A DNA stretch of 64,000 bases from Thermodesulfobacteriota bacterium (GTDB lineage Bacteria; Desulfobacterota; Desulfarculia; JACQYL01), in contig CAXXLZ010000001.1 in assembly GCA_963675595.2 (NCBI GenBank), positions 1,344,001 through 1,408,000 of the forward strand. Reading direction: 5' to 3'. Positions 38,820-48,776 of the stretch are shown here, piece by piece (within the stretch, counting starts at the first letter, position 1; every line of letters begins with the position of its first letter). A model generated the notes under the pieces. It worked only from the letters and a program-made list of their open reading frames with translations. It was not told where the DNA came from and did not search any database. The translations under genes and the position numbers were made by a program.

Positions 38820-41800
38820 GTGAAAATCAAGAGACTCGAAATACGAGGCTTTAAATCCTTCCTGGACAAGACGGTCATCGAGTTCCCGGAAGGTATCAGC
38901 GCCGTCGTCGGCCCCAACGGATGCGGTAAGAGCAACATCGTGGACGCCATCCGCTGGGCTCTGGGCGAACAGAGCCCAAGTCGCCTCCGAGGAAAGCAGA
39001 TGGAGGACGTCATCTTCGCGGGCTCCAATGCACAGAAGCCCTTCGGTATGGCAGAGGTGTCTTTGGTGATGTCCAACGACAACGGTTACATGCCGTCCGC
39101 TTACCGACAATTCAGCGAGGTCATGGTCACGAGAAGGCTTTTCCGTTCGGGAGAAAGCGAGTATCTGATCAACAAGACTCCATGTCGCCTGAAAGATATC
39201 CAAGAAGTCTTCTGGGATACCGGATTGGGCAGCCGCAGCTATTCCGTCATCGAGCAAGGCAAGGTGAGCGCCATCGTCGACATGAGACCGGAAGAGCGAA
39301 GATCGTTGATTGAGGAAGCGGCCGGAATAAGCAAGTACAAGAACCGGAAGAAAGAAGCCCTGCACAAGATGGAGCAGGCGCAGCAGAATCTTGTTCGGGT
39401 CAGCGACATCGTCAACGAAGTGGGCCGTCAACTGGCGGCGCTGAAAAGACAAGCGGCAAAAGCGAAGAGATACGGTGAGCTCAAGGAACGCTTGCGTCTT
39501 CTGGACCTTTCCAGGACTTTTTCCGATTACCGTGCGTTGGACCTCACCCAACGGTCCCTTGAAGAACGTTATGAAAGTGCCGCAAAAGAGGAAGACGATC
39601 GCCAAACCCTGCAGAACACGTTACAGGCCAAACTCGACGCACTCAAAATCGAATTCGACGAACGTGAAGAGACAATCAAAGAACGGGACAAACGGCTCTA
39701 CGCATTGAAATACCGGATTCAGGAGCTGGAAAACGAATCCCAACGCCGAAAGCAGCGACTTGCGGAGCTGAAGAAACGAGAGGAGGAGGACCGAAACGAC
39801 CTCGCTACCATCAAATCTCATCGGTTTCAGTTAGAGGATGGAATACGAAAGCGCGAAGCGGAGTTCAGCGAGCTTTCCGAAAACCTTGAACTCCAATGCG
39901 AAGAGGTCCGCCGGCTCAACAAAGAGCTCGAAGACAAAGCGGGCGACGCAGCTCGTTTCATCGAAAAACTTGAAGATGAGAAGAAGGAACTCCTCCGGCT
40001 GGCAGGGCGACGCTCCGATCTTCAGAACAAGATCGTGCGTATAGAAGATTTACGCAAGGAACTGGAACGTCGAAGAAGCATTGCGGAAGAAGACAGGGAA
40101 ACGCTCACCTACGAGAAAGAAGAAATCGAAACCGAATTGTCTCGAACGCTGGAGCGGTTGACGGACTTGGAGGATGAGCGAATACGAATCGAAGGCGAGC
40201 TTGCGGACGAAAGAACCAGACTCTCGAACCTCAAGCAGGAACTGGCCGAAAAGGAAAAGGAACTGCAGCAAGGTGAGCGTGAGCAGCACGGCCTGAAAAG
40301 TCGCCTCCAGACACTCAAGGAGCTCTGGGAAAAGCTGGAATATTTCGATACGGGAACTAAGGCTTTCGTGGAACACTCCCGAAGACCGGATACCGATCTG
40401 AAAGGAATCGCCGGACTCCTGGCGGACCGGATCGAAGTGCCGATGGAATACGAAACAGCCTTGGAGACGGCGTTGGGGCCGACATTGCAGGCCGTCTTGG
40501 TGGAATCTTTCGACCTGGGGGTAGAGAACGTCCTCACGGCCCGGAACCGCTTCAAAGGCTCCATACGCTTGCTCCCCGTACGCAGCCGGGAAGGAATGAA
40601 CGAGTGCGACGCCGACAACAAGGAAGGCGCATCCCTTCCTCTGTTGCACCGTATGGTTCGGTTGCCGGATTCTTTCAACGGGCTGAGTCGCAGGCTGCTC
40701 GAAGACATTTGTGTCACGCCGGATTTGGAAACGGCCGGGGATCTGCACCGCAGGACCGGTCTACCCGTGGTCACCCTTACGGGGGAAATGATCGGCCGTG
40801 AAGGCATGATTGTCGCGGGAAACGATAAGCGAGGCGGATCGGGGATATTGTCCAAGAAAAGAGAGATGGAGAAGATCGAAGCTCTCGTGTCCGATCAGGC
40901 CGACAAACTCTCTTCCTTATCCGAAACCGTAAATGTTCTGAGAGGCGAAGTCCTGGAATCCAAGCAGCGCCACGAGGGGATTCGAGAGGACCTGGACGCT
41001 CTGAAGAGCCGCTGTCTGGAAATGGAACAGAAAGTTTTCCGTTATCAGGAGAAGAAGAAGACCCTCTCCCGCCAGATCGAAACGGCGGAAGAAGAGTTCC
41101 TGCGTATCGACGACGAACTGGTGGAGCTGGAATCGAAACTCTCGGAGACAATGGCTGAAAAAGAAGAGGTGACAACGGAAAAATCCGTCCAGGAAACCCG
41201 GGTCGCCGATCTCACGGAAAAGTTTGAAACCGTGCGGGCCGATACGGAGGCCTTGAAGGAGCGGTTGTACAAAAACAGATTGGAGGCTCAATCCACCGAG
41301 GCGAAGAGAACACACCTTGAGACTGAAATCGGCAGGACACGGCAGCTTATCGAAGACACGGACAACCGCGTGGAGAAGCTCCAAAACCGACTCGAAGAGT
41401 ATCGAGACGAAAGAGAACGCTTGTTCACGCTGGACAAACAGGCGGAAAAAGAGGTATCCAGCGTCTTCGGGCAGATCGGGGAAATCGAACGGTCTCTGAA
41501 CGAGCTTCACGAGGTTCAGGACGAGTCGCAATCGCTGCTGAGCCGGTTGAAAAAGGAAATCCTCGAGATCGGGGAACGGGGACACTCCGCGAGAGAAGCG
41601 CTCAGCGCTTTGAAGGTCACTCTTGCTGAAAACCGTGTGACTATTGAGCATCTCTTGGAAGACGCTTACAGACGCCATGGCGTGAGGCTGGACGAGGGAT
41701 ACAATTTCGAATTGGAGGAAGTGGACCCCGAAGAAGCCGCAGCCGAGATCGATCGCCTCACCGCACGGATATCGGCCATGGGGGAGATCAACCCCGCAGC

Positions 41801-42386
41801 CATTTCCGAGTATCAAGCATTGCTCGAACGCTCCGAGTTCCTGAATCAGCAGAGAGACGATCTGGTGACGTCCATCGAAGACCTGCACCGAACCATCCGT
41901 AGAATGAATCAGGTTTGCAGGCAGAAATTTACGGAAACTCTAGATAAGATCAACGACAACCTAAAACAGGTATTTCCCGCCTTGTTCGGGGGCGGCAGAG
42001 CTGAACTCAGCCTGACCGACCCTTCCGAGGTTCTTGAGTCGGGTATTGAAATCCATGTGCAGCCTCCCGGGAAAAAACTCACGTTGATGGGGTTGATGTC
42101 CGGAGGTGAAAAAGCGCTCACGGCGTTGGCCCTGCTGTTCGCCATGTATTTGATCAAGCCCTCGCCCTTTTACCTCATGGACGAGATCGACGCTCCCCTT
42201 GACGAGGCGAACGTGGACCGGTTCAACCGACTTCTTAAGAAGATGGCTGTGGACTCGCAAGTTATTCTGATTACTCACAGTCGTCGAACCATGGAATTGG
42301 TGGATCAGCTTTTTGGAGTGACCATGGAACGTCCCGGCGTAAGCAGGCTCGTTTCCGTGAATCTCAGAGAGGTGGAAGCAGCATGA
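38820..42386 (+). CDS. smc: Chromosome segregation protein SMC
   Basis: GFKSF, GPNGCGKSN, coiled coils and hinge, MSGGEK, MDEIDAPLD. Confidence 0.97.
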   Translation: MKIKRLEIRGFKSFLDKTVIEFPEGISAVVGPNGCGKSNIVDAIRWALGEQSPSRLRGKQMEDVIFAGSNAQKPFGMAEVSLVMSNDNGYMPSAYRQFSEVMVTRRLFRSGESEYLINKTPCRLKDIQEVFWDTGLGSRSYSVIEQGKVSAIVDMRPEERRSLIEEAAGISKYKNRKKEALHKMEQAQQNLVRVSDIVNEVGRQLAALKRQAAKAKRYGELKERLRLLDLSRTFSDYRALDLTQRSLEERYESAAKEEDDRQTLQNTLQAKLDALKIEFDEREETIKERDKRLYALKYRIQELENESQRRKQRLAELKKREEEDRNDLATIKSHRFQLEDGIRKREAEFSELSENLELQCEEVRRLNKELEDKAGDAARFIEKLEDEKKELLRLAGRRSDLQNKIVRIEDLRKELERRRSIAEEDRETLTYEKEEIETELSRTLERLTDLEDERIRIEGELADERTRLSNLKQELAEKEKELQQGEREQHGLKSRLQTLKELWEKLEYFDTGTKAFVEHSRRPDTDLKGIAGLLADRIEVPMEYETALETALGPTLQAVLVESFDLGVENVLTARNRFKGSIRLLPVRSREGMNECDADNKEGASLPLLHRMVRLPDSFNGLSRRLLEDICVTPDLETAGDLHRRTGLPVVTLTGEMIGREGMIVAGNDKRGGSGILSKKREMEKIEALVSDQADKLSSLSETVNVLRGEVLESKQRHEGIREDLDALKSRCLEMEQKVFRYQEKKKTLSRQIETAEEEFLRIDDELVELESKLSETMAEKEEVTTEKSVQETRVADLTEKFETVRADTEALKERLYKNRLEAQSTEAKRTHLETEIGRTRQLIEDTDNRVEKLQNRLEEYRDERERLFTLDKQAEKEVSSVFGQIGEIERSLNELHEVQDESQSLLSRLKKEILEIGERGHSAREALSALKVTLAENRVTIEHLLEDAYRRHGVRLDEGYNFELEEVDPEEAAAEIDRLTARISAMGEINPAAISEYQALLERSEFLNQQRDDLVTSIEDLHRTIRRMNQVCRQKFTETLDKINDNLKQVFPALFGGGRAELSLTDPSEVLESGIEIHVQPPGKKLTLMGLMSGGEKALTALALLFAMYLIKPSPFYLMDEIDAPLDEANVDRFNRLLKKMAVDSQVILITHSRRTMELVDQLFGVTMERPGVSRLVSVNLREVEAA

Positions 42387-43813
42387 AAAACAGCCGTCTG
42401 AAGAGATGGTTCGGGAAAAAGAAACCGGAGGAAGCACCGGAACCGGAGGACCGGGAGATTGAGGAACCGGAAGAGGAGCCCGGCGTCTCTGAAGGCATCG
42501 AGGTAACTGAAGAGGAGCCGGACCCATTGGAGGTTGTGCCTGAGGACGAGGAGAAGCCCTCTTCGAGAGGCCTTTTCGGCTTCATCGGCAGAAAGAGAAG
42601 CCCCAAACCGGAAGAGACCGAATCGGAGGAGCCGTCTTTCGAGGAGCTGTCGGAACCCGAGTTTGAGGAAGAAATCGATTCTTTCATGGAATCCGACGAG
42701 GAGACCGAAGCAGAGGGTACAGACGAGGAGGCATGGGAAGAACCCGACCACAAGGAAAAGTCGTCGCGATTTTTGGGTTTTTTTGGAAGGAACAAGGCCA
42801 CCGAATCGGAAACGGATACCGAGACCCCGGGTGAAGAACCAACGGACTCCGACACGGACGAAGTCGAATCGGCCGAGGTCGACGACGCCCCGAAATCCAA
42901 GATGGGCTTCCTCTCCCGCCTGAAGAGCAGACTCTCCAAGACCAGGTCATCCTTCAAGAGCGGCATGGACCGCTTGCTTCATGGAAAGAAGGAGATCGAC
43001 GACGAACTGCTCGAAGAGCTCGAAGAACTCCTCATTACATCGGACCTCGGTGTAAAGACCACCATGGAGCTCATTCAGTCCATCGAGAAGAAAGTGGGCC
43101 GAAAAGAGCTCGTCGACCCTTCGGCTTTGCGAAGCTTCATGCAGGAGGAGATCGGCGGCTTGGTGGATATCGAATCTCCACCCATGAACCTTTCACACAA
43201 ACCTTCGGTCATCATGGTCGTGGGCGTCAACGGGACCGGGAAAACCACCACCATCGGCAAGCTGGCTCACAAGTTTCGTTCCCAGGGCAAAAGCGTGATC
43301 CTGGCCGCCGGAGACACCTTCCGTGCCGCGGCCATTGAGCAATTGGAGGTTTGGGCGCAACGCGGGAATTGTACCCTGATCAAGCACCAGTCCGGCTCCG
43401 ACCCCAGCGCGGTGGCTTACGACGCCGTGGAAGCGGCCACAGCCCGGCAGAGCGATATAGTCATAGTCGACACCGCCGGCAGGCTCCACACCCAGAAGAA
43501 CCTGATGGAACAACTGAAAAAGATGAAGCGGGTCATCGAGAACCGACTCGAAGGAGCTCCCCACGAAGTATGGCTCGTCCTCGACGCCACTACGGGCCAA
43601 AACGCCCTGGTTCAGGCGAGACTCTTCCATGAAGCTCTCGGCATCACCGGCTTCATCCTGACCAAACTGGACGGCACCGCCAAAGGTGGAATCGCCGTGG
43701 CGATACTACGGGAAATGCAGATTCCAATCCGTTACATCGGCATCGGCGAAGCCATTGAGGACCTAAGGCCTTTCGATTCACTTCAGTTCGTTGAGGCCAT
43801 TTTCAAGGATTGA
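42383..43813 (+). CDS. ftsY: Signal recognition particle receptor
   Basis: Acidic N-domain; GVNGTGKTT, DTFRAAA, DTAGR, TKLDGTAKGG. Confidence 0.97.
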   Translation: MKNSRLKRWFGKKKPEEAPEPEDREIEEPEEEPGVSEGIEVTEEEPDPLEVVPEDEEKPSSRGLFGFIGRKRSPKPEETESEEPSFEELSEPEFEEEIDSFMESDEETEAEGTDEEAWEEPDHKEKSSRFLGFFGRNKATESETDTETPGEEPTDSDTDEVESAEVDDAPKSKMGFLSRLKSRLSKTRSSFKSGMDRLLHGKKEIDDELLEELEELLITSDLGVKTTMELIQSIEKKVGRKELVDPSALRSFMQEEIGGLVDIESPPMNLSHKPSVIMVVGVNGTGKTTTIGKLAHKFRSQGKSVILAAGDTFRAAAIEQLEVWAQRGNCTLIKHQSGSDPSAVAYDAVEAATARQSDIVIVDTAGRLHTQKNLMEQLKKMKRVIENRLEGAPHEVWLVLDATTGQNALVQARLFHEALGITGFILTKLDGTAKGGIAVAILREMQIPIRYIGIGEAIEDLRPFDSLQFVEAIFKD

Positions 43814-43879
43814 CCTCAAGCCCCGTTCAAAACCGGATATTGAATTGTCCGCGTTTGGACTTGTACTGCGGAGATATCT

Positions 43880-44677
43880 ATGTTGAGCCCCGAATCCTTT
43901 TTCGATGTGTCTCGCACCCGGGAAGCATCTCTTTTTTCCGGATTGGAATTTGTCTGGGAAGCCTTGCCGAGGCTGAAAGCGTACCTCGAAGAAAACCTCG
44001 ATCCCAACGCCGCCGAAATCAGACGCCACGGAGACGTTCTTCAGTCCCCTTTCGCCTTCTGGGAGGGAAAAGTTTTCCGGGATGGAATTACTTTTCGACA
44101 CGGCGACCCGGCCAAGGGAGAATTCAAAGTCTTTCTGGACGGCGAAGAGCTGCCCGACGCTGCGGCGCTGTACCCGGGGGCCGCGTTGCTGTCGGACGAC
44201 ATCGAACTGGCCCCCGGCGTGGTTGTCGAACCCGGCGCCCTCATCATGGGTCCCACGCGCATTGGTGAATGCTCCATCGTTCGCCAGGGAGCCTATGTTC
44301 GGGGTCGGTGCTTGGTGGGTAAGCGATGCGTCGTGGGACACGCCACCGAAATGAAAAGCTCGGTCATGCTGGATGATGCGAAGGCGGGGCACTTCGCCTA
44401 TATCGGCGATAGTATCCTTGGAATGAACACCAATCTGGGCGCGGGAACCAAACTCGCCAACCTGAAACTCCTCCCAACGCCCATTTCGATTCGCATCCCC
44501 GACCGAGCCCCGGTCACCATTCCTCTGCGCAAGCTGGGGGCCATTCTCGGAGACCGATGTCAGACCGGATGCAACAGCGTCACCAACCCGGGCACCCTCC
44601 TCGGCAAGGAAAGCCTGGTGACGCCCAATACAACAACTCGGGCGCATTACTACCCACCCAGGTCCGTGGTCAGGTGA
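43880..44677 (+). CDS. Hexapeptide-repeat (left-handed beta-helix) acyltransferase, GlmU C-terminal-like
   Basis: GPTRIGE...GAYVRG, AGHFAYIGDSILG, NLGAGT, RKLGAILGD. No nucleotidyltransferase domain. Confidence 0.85.
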   Translation: MLSPESFFDVSRTREASLFSGLEFVWEALPRLKAYLEENLDPNAAEIRRHGDVLQSPFAFWEGKVFRDGITFRHGDPAKGEFKVFLDGEELPDAAALYPGAALLSDDIELAPGVVVEPGALIMGPTRIGECSIVRQGAYVRGRCLVGKRCVVGHATEMKSSVMLDDAKAGHFAYIGDSILGMNTNLGAGTKLANLKLLPTPISIRIPDRAPVTIPLRKLGAILGDRCQTGCNSVTNPGTLLGKESLVTPNTTTRAHYYPPRSVVR

Positions 44678-44815
44678 TCTCTTGGCCGACCACATTGAGA
44701 TACCGTTTCGTGTCTCCGGCCCCATATGGACCGGTCGCCGGCCGTCTTTACATGGCGGCCGCAGCAAACCAAGGGGCCGCGGGCTTTCGGGATATGACGG
44801 CTGTTCCGAATTCCT

Positions 44816-45277
44816 ATGAGATCGAGGTCACTTAATCCATTGGCTTCCTCTTGGGACAAAATACGCGGCCCGCTCAGCACCCGAGAGACCTCGGCTCTTC
44901 GGGACGTTGCGGTAGCCAAAGGACTCGTGGACCCGGCCAATGCCCGACTCTACACGGTGATCCTCGCCTTTGCCACGCACCATTCTTTTCAGCTGAACGA
45001 GGTTTGCGCACTGAGAATCGAGGACCTGAATCTCTCGAAGAAACGATCCTCCGTGCGTGTTCACGGCCGCAAAGAAGGGAGAGAGGTAACTCTGGCCCGC
45101 GAATTGCGCGACCTTCTGTCCGAACATATCGCCCTTCTAAAAGAGGAGCGAAAAAGGAGGTCGGAACGCCCGCCGGAGAGAATCCTGGAATCCGCCTCGG
45201 GTGCTCCCCTGAGTCCACGCGACATTGAAAGGATTCTCGGGGAACTCCTCCGCATCGCCGGAATTCCTAATATCTAG
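44816..45277 (+). CDS. Truncated/degenerate tyrosine recombinase-like protein
   Basis: FQLNEVCALRIEDLNL...VRVHGRKEGREVTL...LSPRDIERI resembles box I, but catalytic residues are missing. Confidence 0.6.
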   Translation: MRSRSLNPLASSWDKIRGPLSTRETSALRDVAVAKGLVDPANARLYTVILAFATHHSFQLNEVCALRIEDLNLSKKRSSVRVHGRKEGREVTLARELRDLLSEHIALLKEERKRRSERPPERILESASGAPLSPRDIERILGELLRIAGIPNI

Positions 45278-46071
45278 AGGGACTTCAGGAAGCGGATCAC
45301 AGGCTCGTTGAAGGAGGAAGGCTCTTCCATAAAGAAGAGATGACCGAGGTTGGGAACCATTTCGACCTTGGCGGCGGGGATCTGCGCGGCGAGATATCCC
45401 GCCGTCTCGGGCTCTATGAGACGGTCCCGCTCCCCGTGGAGGATCAGAACGGGTTTGTCGATCTCCTTTAAGCGCGAACACACGTCGAACTTCAATATGG
45501 CGTCCATCTGAAGAGCGAAGGTGGAATACGGAGGGCGATTCTCCAGGCTCACGCGCAGATACCGTTCCACCACCTCGGGCCGATCTTTGATTGTGCCTTG
45601 CGAAAAAAGTGCCGGAACAGACCTTCTTGCATTTTCCTCATCCGAAGCTTCCGGAAGGGTCTTGAAAAGCTCGTGCACGTCAGGATCGCGGGTGAAACCT
45701 TTCCGGCCCGCACAAGTCGAACACCCCAACACCAGGCTCTTCACCACTTGCGGAGTATCCAAGGCCGCCTGAAGAGCGATCATGCCCCCCATGGAAATAC
45801 CGACCAGATGGGCGGATTCGAACCCTTCCCTCCGTATGATCCCTGCGATGTCCGAGGCCATGTCTCCAATGGTATAGCCGGCGGACGGCTTGTCACTCTT
45901 TCCCGTGCCTCGATTGTCGGGAACGATGACTTTGAATTCTTCCGACAGGGCGGGAATTTGATCGTACCAAAGGGCGCCTGAGTTGGCGTATCCTCGGATC
46001 AGCACCAAGGGGTCGCCTGTGCCCTCCACCTCATAGGCAATGCGCACTCCGTTGTTAAGAATCGACGGCAT
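45274..46071 (-). CDS. Alpha/beta-fold hydrolase
   Basis: DNRGTGKS, GISMGG nucleophile elbow, HGERD, GH triad. Confidence 0.93.
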   Translation of the reverse strand: MPSILNNGVRIAYEVEGTGDPLVLIRGYANSGALWYDQIPALSEEFKVIVPDNRGTGKSDKPSAGYTIGDMASDIAGIIRREGFESAHLVGISMGGMIALQAALDTPQVVKSLVLGCSTCAGRKGFTRDPDVHELFKTLPEASDEENARRSVPALFSQGTIKDRPEVVERYLRVSLENRPPYSTFALQMDAILKFDVCSRLKEIDKPVLILHGERDRLIEPETAGYLAAQIPAAKVEMVPNLGHLFFMEEPSSFNEPVIRFLKSL

Positions 46072-46083
46072 AATCCACCCTTT

Positions 46084-46656
46084 TCAGCGCCGGTTGTCCA
46101 ACCAAGGGTTCCGACGATTCCAGAACGTCTCCATGGCTGCGTCGTTGGCCACTCCCCAGTGGATCACACAGCAGCCGCCCGGATCGTCCGCCTTGAACTC
46201 CAATGTGTGGTCTCCGGCCTTGAGGTTTTCCATTCTGAGTACCGAGGGGTTCTCAGGCATGATTTCAATTCGTTCCACCGGATCCCTGGGGCCTCCGACG
46301 GAATAGGCCTCCAGCACCTGGCCGTCCACAATGACCAGCACCCGATTACCGATGCGGCTTTCGGTTGCGAATAGGGCCAGAGAGAACAAGAGATAGTGGG
46401 CTCCGTCGTTGGGAGTTCGAAACCGGTACGGATAGGGCCCGGGATTCACCAGCTCCGGAGGTACGTCACAAGACAGACTTCGGTTCCTTTCTTGATCGAA
46501 GTAGGAGGAGGCCCTGCCCTGATACTCCATTGCCAGGGGTTCGGGCTTCGCACGGCCCGGGGTCACACAGGAGCAAACCAGCATTAACTGGAGTACGACC
46601 GCGCACCAAGCCGCGGCACGGCCGAATCGAGAGCGCGAAAAGTCCGCCGGTCTCAT
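46084..46656 (-). CDS. Hypothetical lipoprotein/secreted protein
   Basis: Hydrophobic leader with CSC lipobox-like site; co-directional with its neighbours. Confidence 0.6.
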   Translation of the reverse strand: MRPADFSRSRFGRAAAWCAVVLQLMLVCSCVTPGRAKPEPLAMEYQGRASSYFDQERNRSLSCDVPPELVNPGPYPYRFRTPNDGAHYLLFSLALFATESRIGNRVLVIVDGQVLEAYSVGGPRDPVERIEIMPENPSVLRMENLKAGDHTLEFKADDPGGCCVIHWGVANDAAMETFWNRRNPWLDNRR

Positions 46657-46678
46657 GGAGATGGTAGCTCCCGCTGTT

Positions 46679-47137
46679 TTAATATCCACGGACGCCGATC
46701 TCGTTTGTCGATCCGAAATCCGCAAAGGGATGATCGTCCTCCGCGTCGTAGGTGCCCGAGTAATACTCGATCAGGTCCGAAGGTTCGTCAACGGCCTGGA
46801 AGCGGTGAGCCAACCGTGGATGTATGCGAATAATGTCCCCGGTTCGTATGATGTGGGCTCTTTCTTGGGATGTATCCAGATCCACTGTGTCCACGCGGAC
46901 CATGCCCCGGATGACATAGAAGCATTCCACTTTATGCAAATGATAGTGCCCTCCCCGAAAGTGTCCGGGGCCGGGCAGAATGGAAACGTAGGCCAGATGC
47001 CCGATGGGCATTCCGTCTTCGATGAGGGCCAGTTCTCCTCTGTCCTGAACCAACCTCTTCCTTGGAATGAACGCCTCGGTCAGAGGCAGAGACTCGATCT
47101 CCACCTTGTCGACCGGGTGAGCGTGTTGCGTCGTCAT
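46679..47137 (-). CDS. Cupin-fold protein (sugar epimerase/isomerase-like)
   Basis: DRGEL, RGGHYH..KVECFY, AHRF cupin motifs. Confidence 0.8.
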   Translation of the reverse strand: MTTQHAHPVDKVEIESLPLTEAFIPRKRLVQDRGELALIEDGMPIGHLAYVSILPGPGHFRGGHYHLHKVECFYVIRGMVRVDTVDLDTSQERAHIIRTGDIIRIHPRLAHRFQAVDEPSDLIEYYSGTYDAEDDHPFADFGSTNEIGVRGY

Positions 47138-47176
47138 GTCACGATTCCCGCCGGTGCCGGCGGTCTAAGGAGCCCA

Positions 47177-47764
47177 TTAAAAATCAAAGGGCTTGCAGAT
47201 GATCTCGCGGATTTTCATGTCGAAGAAGTGTGCGGAGTTGGCCGGCCTGATTACTGCGGCGGTGTCCGCTCCTTTGGCCGTGCCGCCCACCGCGATGACA
47301 TCTTCGTCGGTACGCACCAAACCGGCATCGGCGGCCATCATAGTGATCTCCGCCGACACTTTGACTCCTTGGCCCAAGGTGCGCAAAGTGTAGGCCATGA
47401 TCTCGTCCACCTGAAACGTACCCGTCTTGTTTCTAAATGCCCGTCCAACGCCGCCGAAGGCGTGCCCGGCGGTGACTATGTGGACCCCTCTCCCCTCCAA
47501 AGAGCGCGCCGCGTCTTCGGAAATCTCCTGTGAGTTGGGCTCCTTAAAACCCGTCACGTGACTTACCGCGATCACCCTGACATCCTCGGGAAGCATGTCC
47601 CTCGCCTTGAGAGCGGTATCGCCGGAACAAGTGGCAACAAGTACTTTCTTTATTCCCAGTTCCATGGCTCGCTTTGCCACCGACTTGATGACGGCTCCGG
47701 TGTTTTTCGGTCCCGGTTTCCTGAAACAGAGACATTCAACAATATCGTAATCCGCCCGTTCCAT
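47177..47764 (-). CDS. Stand-alone pyruvate kinase C-terminal (alpha/beta) domain protein
   Basis: KPGPKNT, VATCSGDTA, GQGVKVSAEITMMAADAG, GGTAKGADTA. Confidence 0.8.
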   Translation of the reverse strand: MERADYDIVECLCFRKPGPKNTGAVIKSVAKRAMELGIKKVLVATCSGDTALKARDMLPEDVRVIAVSHVTGFKEPNSQEISEDAARSLEGRGVHIVTAGHAFGGVGRAFRNKTGTFQVDEIMAYTLRTLGQGVKVSAEITMMAADAGLVRTDEDVIAVGGTAKGADTAAVIRPANSAHFFDMKIREIICKPFDF

Positions 47765-47877
47765 CACCCTCTCCTTTGTCCCCGGAAAATGTGATGCATT
47801 AAAGCACAAAGCCTTTGAAAAAAAAAGGGCATTCCAAATGCGATGACAGGGAGGGACGCGTTGGAAAAGGCGTCGCC

Positions 47878-47906
47878 TTGACTCGGATGTAGTGTGCCGT
47901 TAATAT
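47878..47906 (+). promoter_or_regulatory. Sigma70-type promoter upstream of the rhodanese gene
   Basis: TTGACT-N17-TAATAT. Confidence 0.5.
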
Positions 47907-48102
47907 AGGTATGGTTCGATCATGACCCGGTGGCGAGAAGTACGGGTGATCCGGACCTCGCCGATGTGGCGTGAAACAATAGTGGGAATCGACGTTTGGA
48001 AGTATGCGCGAAGGCGAGCGGAAACCTTCCGATCCCGAAAGGACCGGAATACAACCCAAAATACCGCCGGTCAGGCGGAAAAAAAGTGATGGAGGTACCG
48101 TT

Positions 48103-48657
48103 ATGAAGAAGTGGTGGGTTATTGGTCTTGCAGTGATGTTCGCCCTAGGAAGCTTTACCGCATCGTACGCGGCCGACAATCCTTTGAAGGCGAAGGAAAA
48201 GGAAGTCTGGCAAGGCTTCCGTGACCTGATTCCCGCAGACCGAATTCTCGATGTGAATGCCTTTCACAAACTTTATACCGACGTCATGGCGGGCAAAGAA
48301 AAAGCGTATCTCATCGACGTAAGAACCCATCCCGAGTTCTACGCCGGTCACATTCCCGGTACGGATCACATTCATGCGGGCCACGTCTATACGATTCCCA
48401 AGTACGTCGACGACCCCGACGCCAAGATCGTGGTATGGTGCCGCACCAGACACCGCGCGACCTATGTCACGGGTATGCTGATCAAATACGGCTACAAGAA
48501 TGTCTATATCTTCGACGAAGGCGTGGTGGGCTGGATGAAGGCCGGATATCCTCTGTGCAACCAGTTCATGGGCAAGTTCCAGGTGGTGGAGTACCATAAG
48601 GACTTCTCCGGCCAGGACAAAGACCCCTTCAACTTCAGGGAATTCCATCCCTATTGA
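48103..48657 (+). CDS. Periplasmic rhodanese-like domain protein
   Basis: Signal peptide; LIDVRT..EF..GHIPGT, VVWCRT, EGVVGW...GYP; GGAGG RBS. Confidence 0.9.
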   Translation: MKKWWVIGLAVMFALGSFTASYAADNPLKAKEKEVWQGFRDLIPADRILDVNAFHKLYTDVMAGKEKAYLIDVRTHPEFYAGHIPGTDHIHAGHVYTIPKYVDDPDAKIVVWCRTRHRATYVTGMLIKYGYKNVYIFDEGVVGWMKAGYPLCNQFMGKFQVVEYHKDFSGQDKDPFNFREFHPY

Positions 48658-48690
48658 TTACAGCGGCCCTTTGAGCCGAGTGTCTGAATA

Positions 48691-48729
48691 AGAGAAAGGG
48701 AGCGGTGCGGCCGCTCCCCTTTCTCTTTT
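48691..48729. terminator. Intrinsic terminator between convergent rhodanese and folE2
   Basis: AGAGAAAGGGAGCGG-TGCGG-CCGCTCCCCTTTCTCTTTT. Confidence 0.75.
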
Positions 48730-48776
48730 GTACAGACGTTCGGTTTCTCGATGCCGACGGGCTACCGGCATGAACC

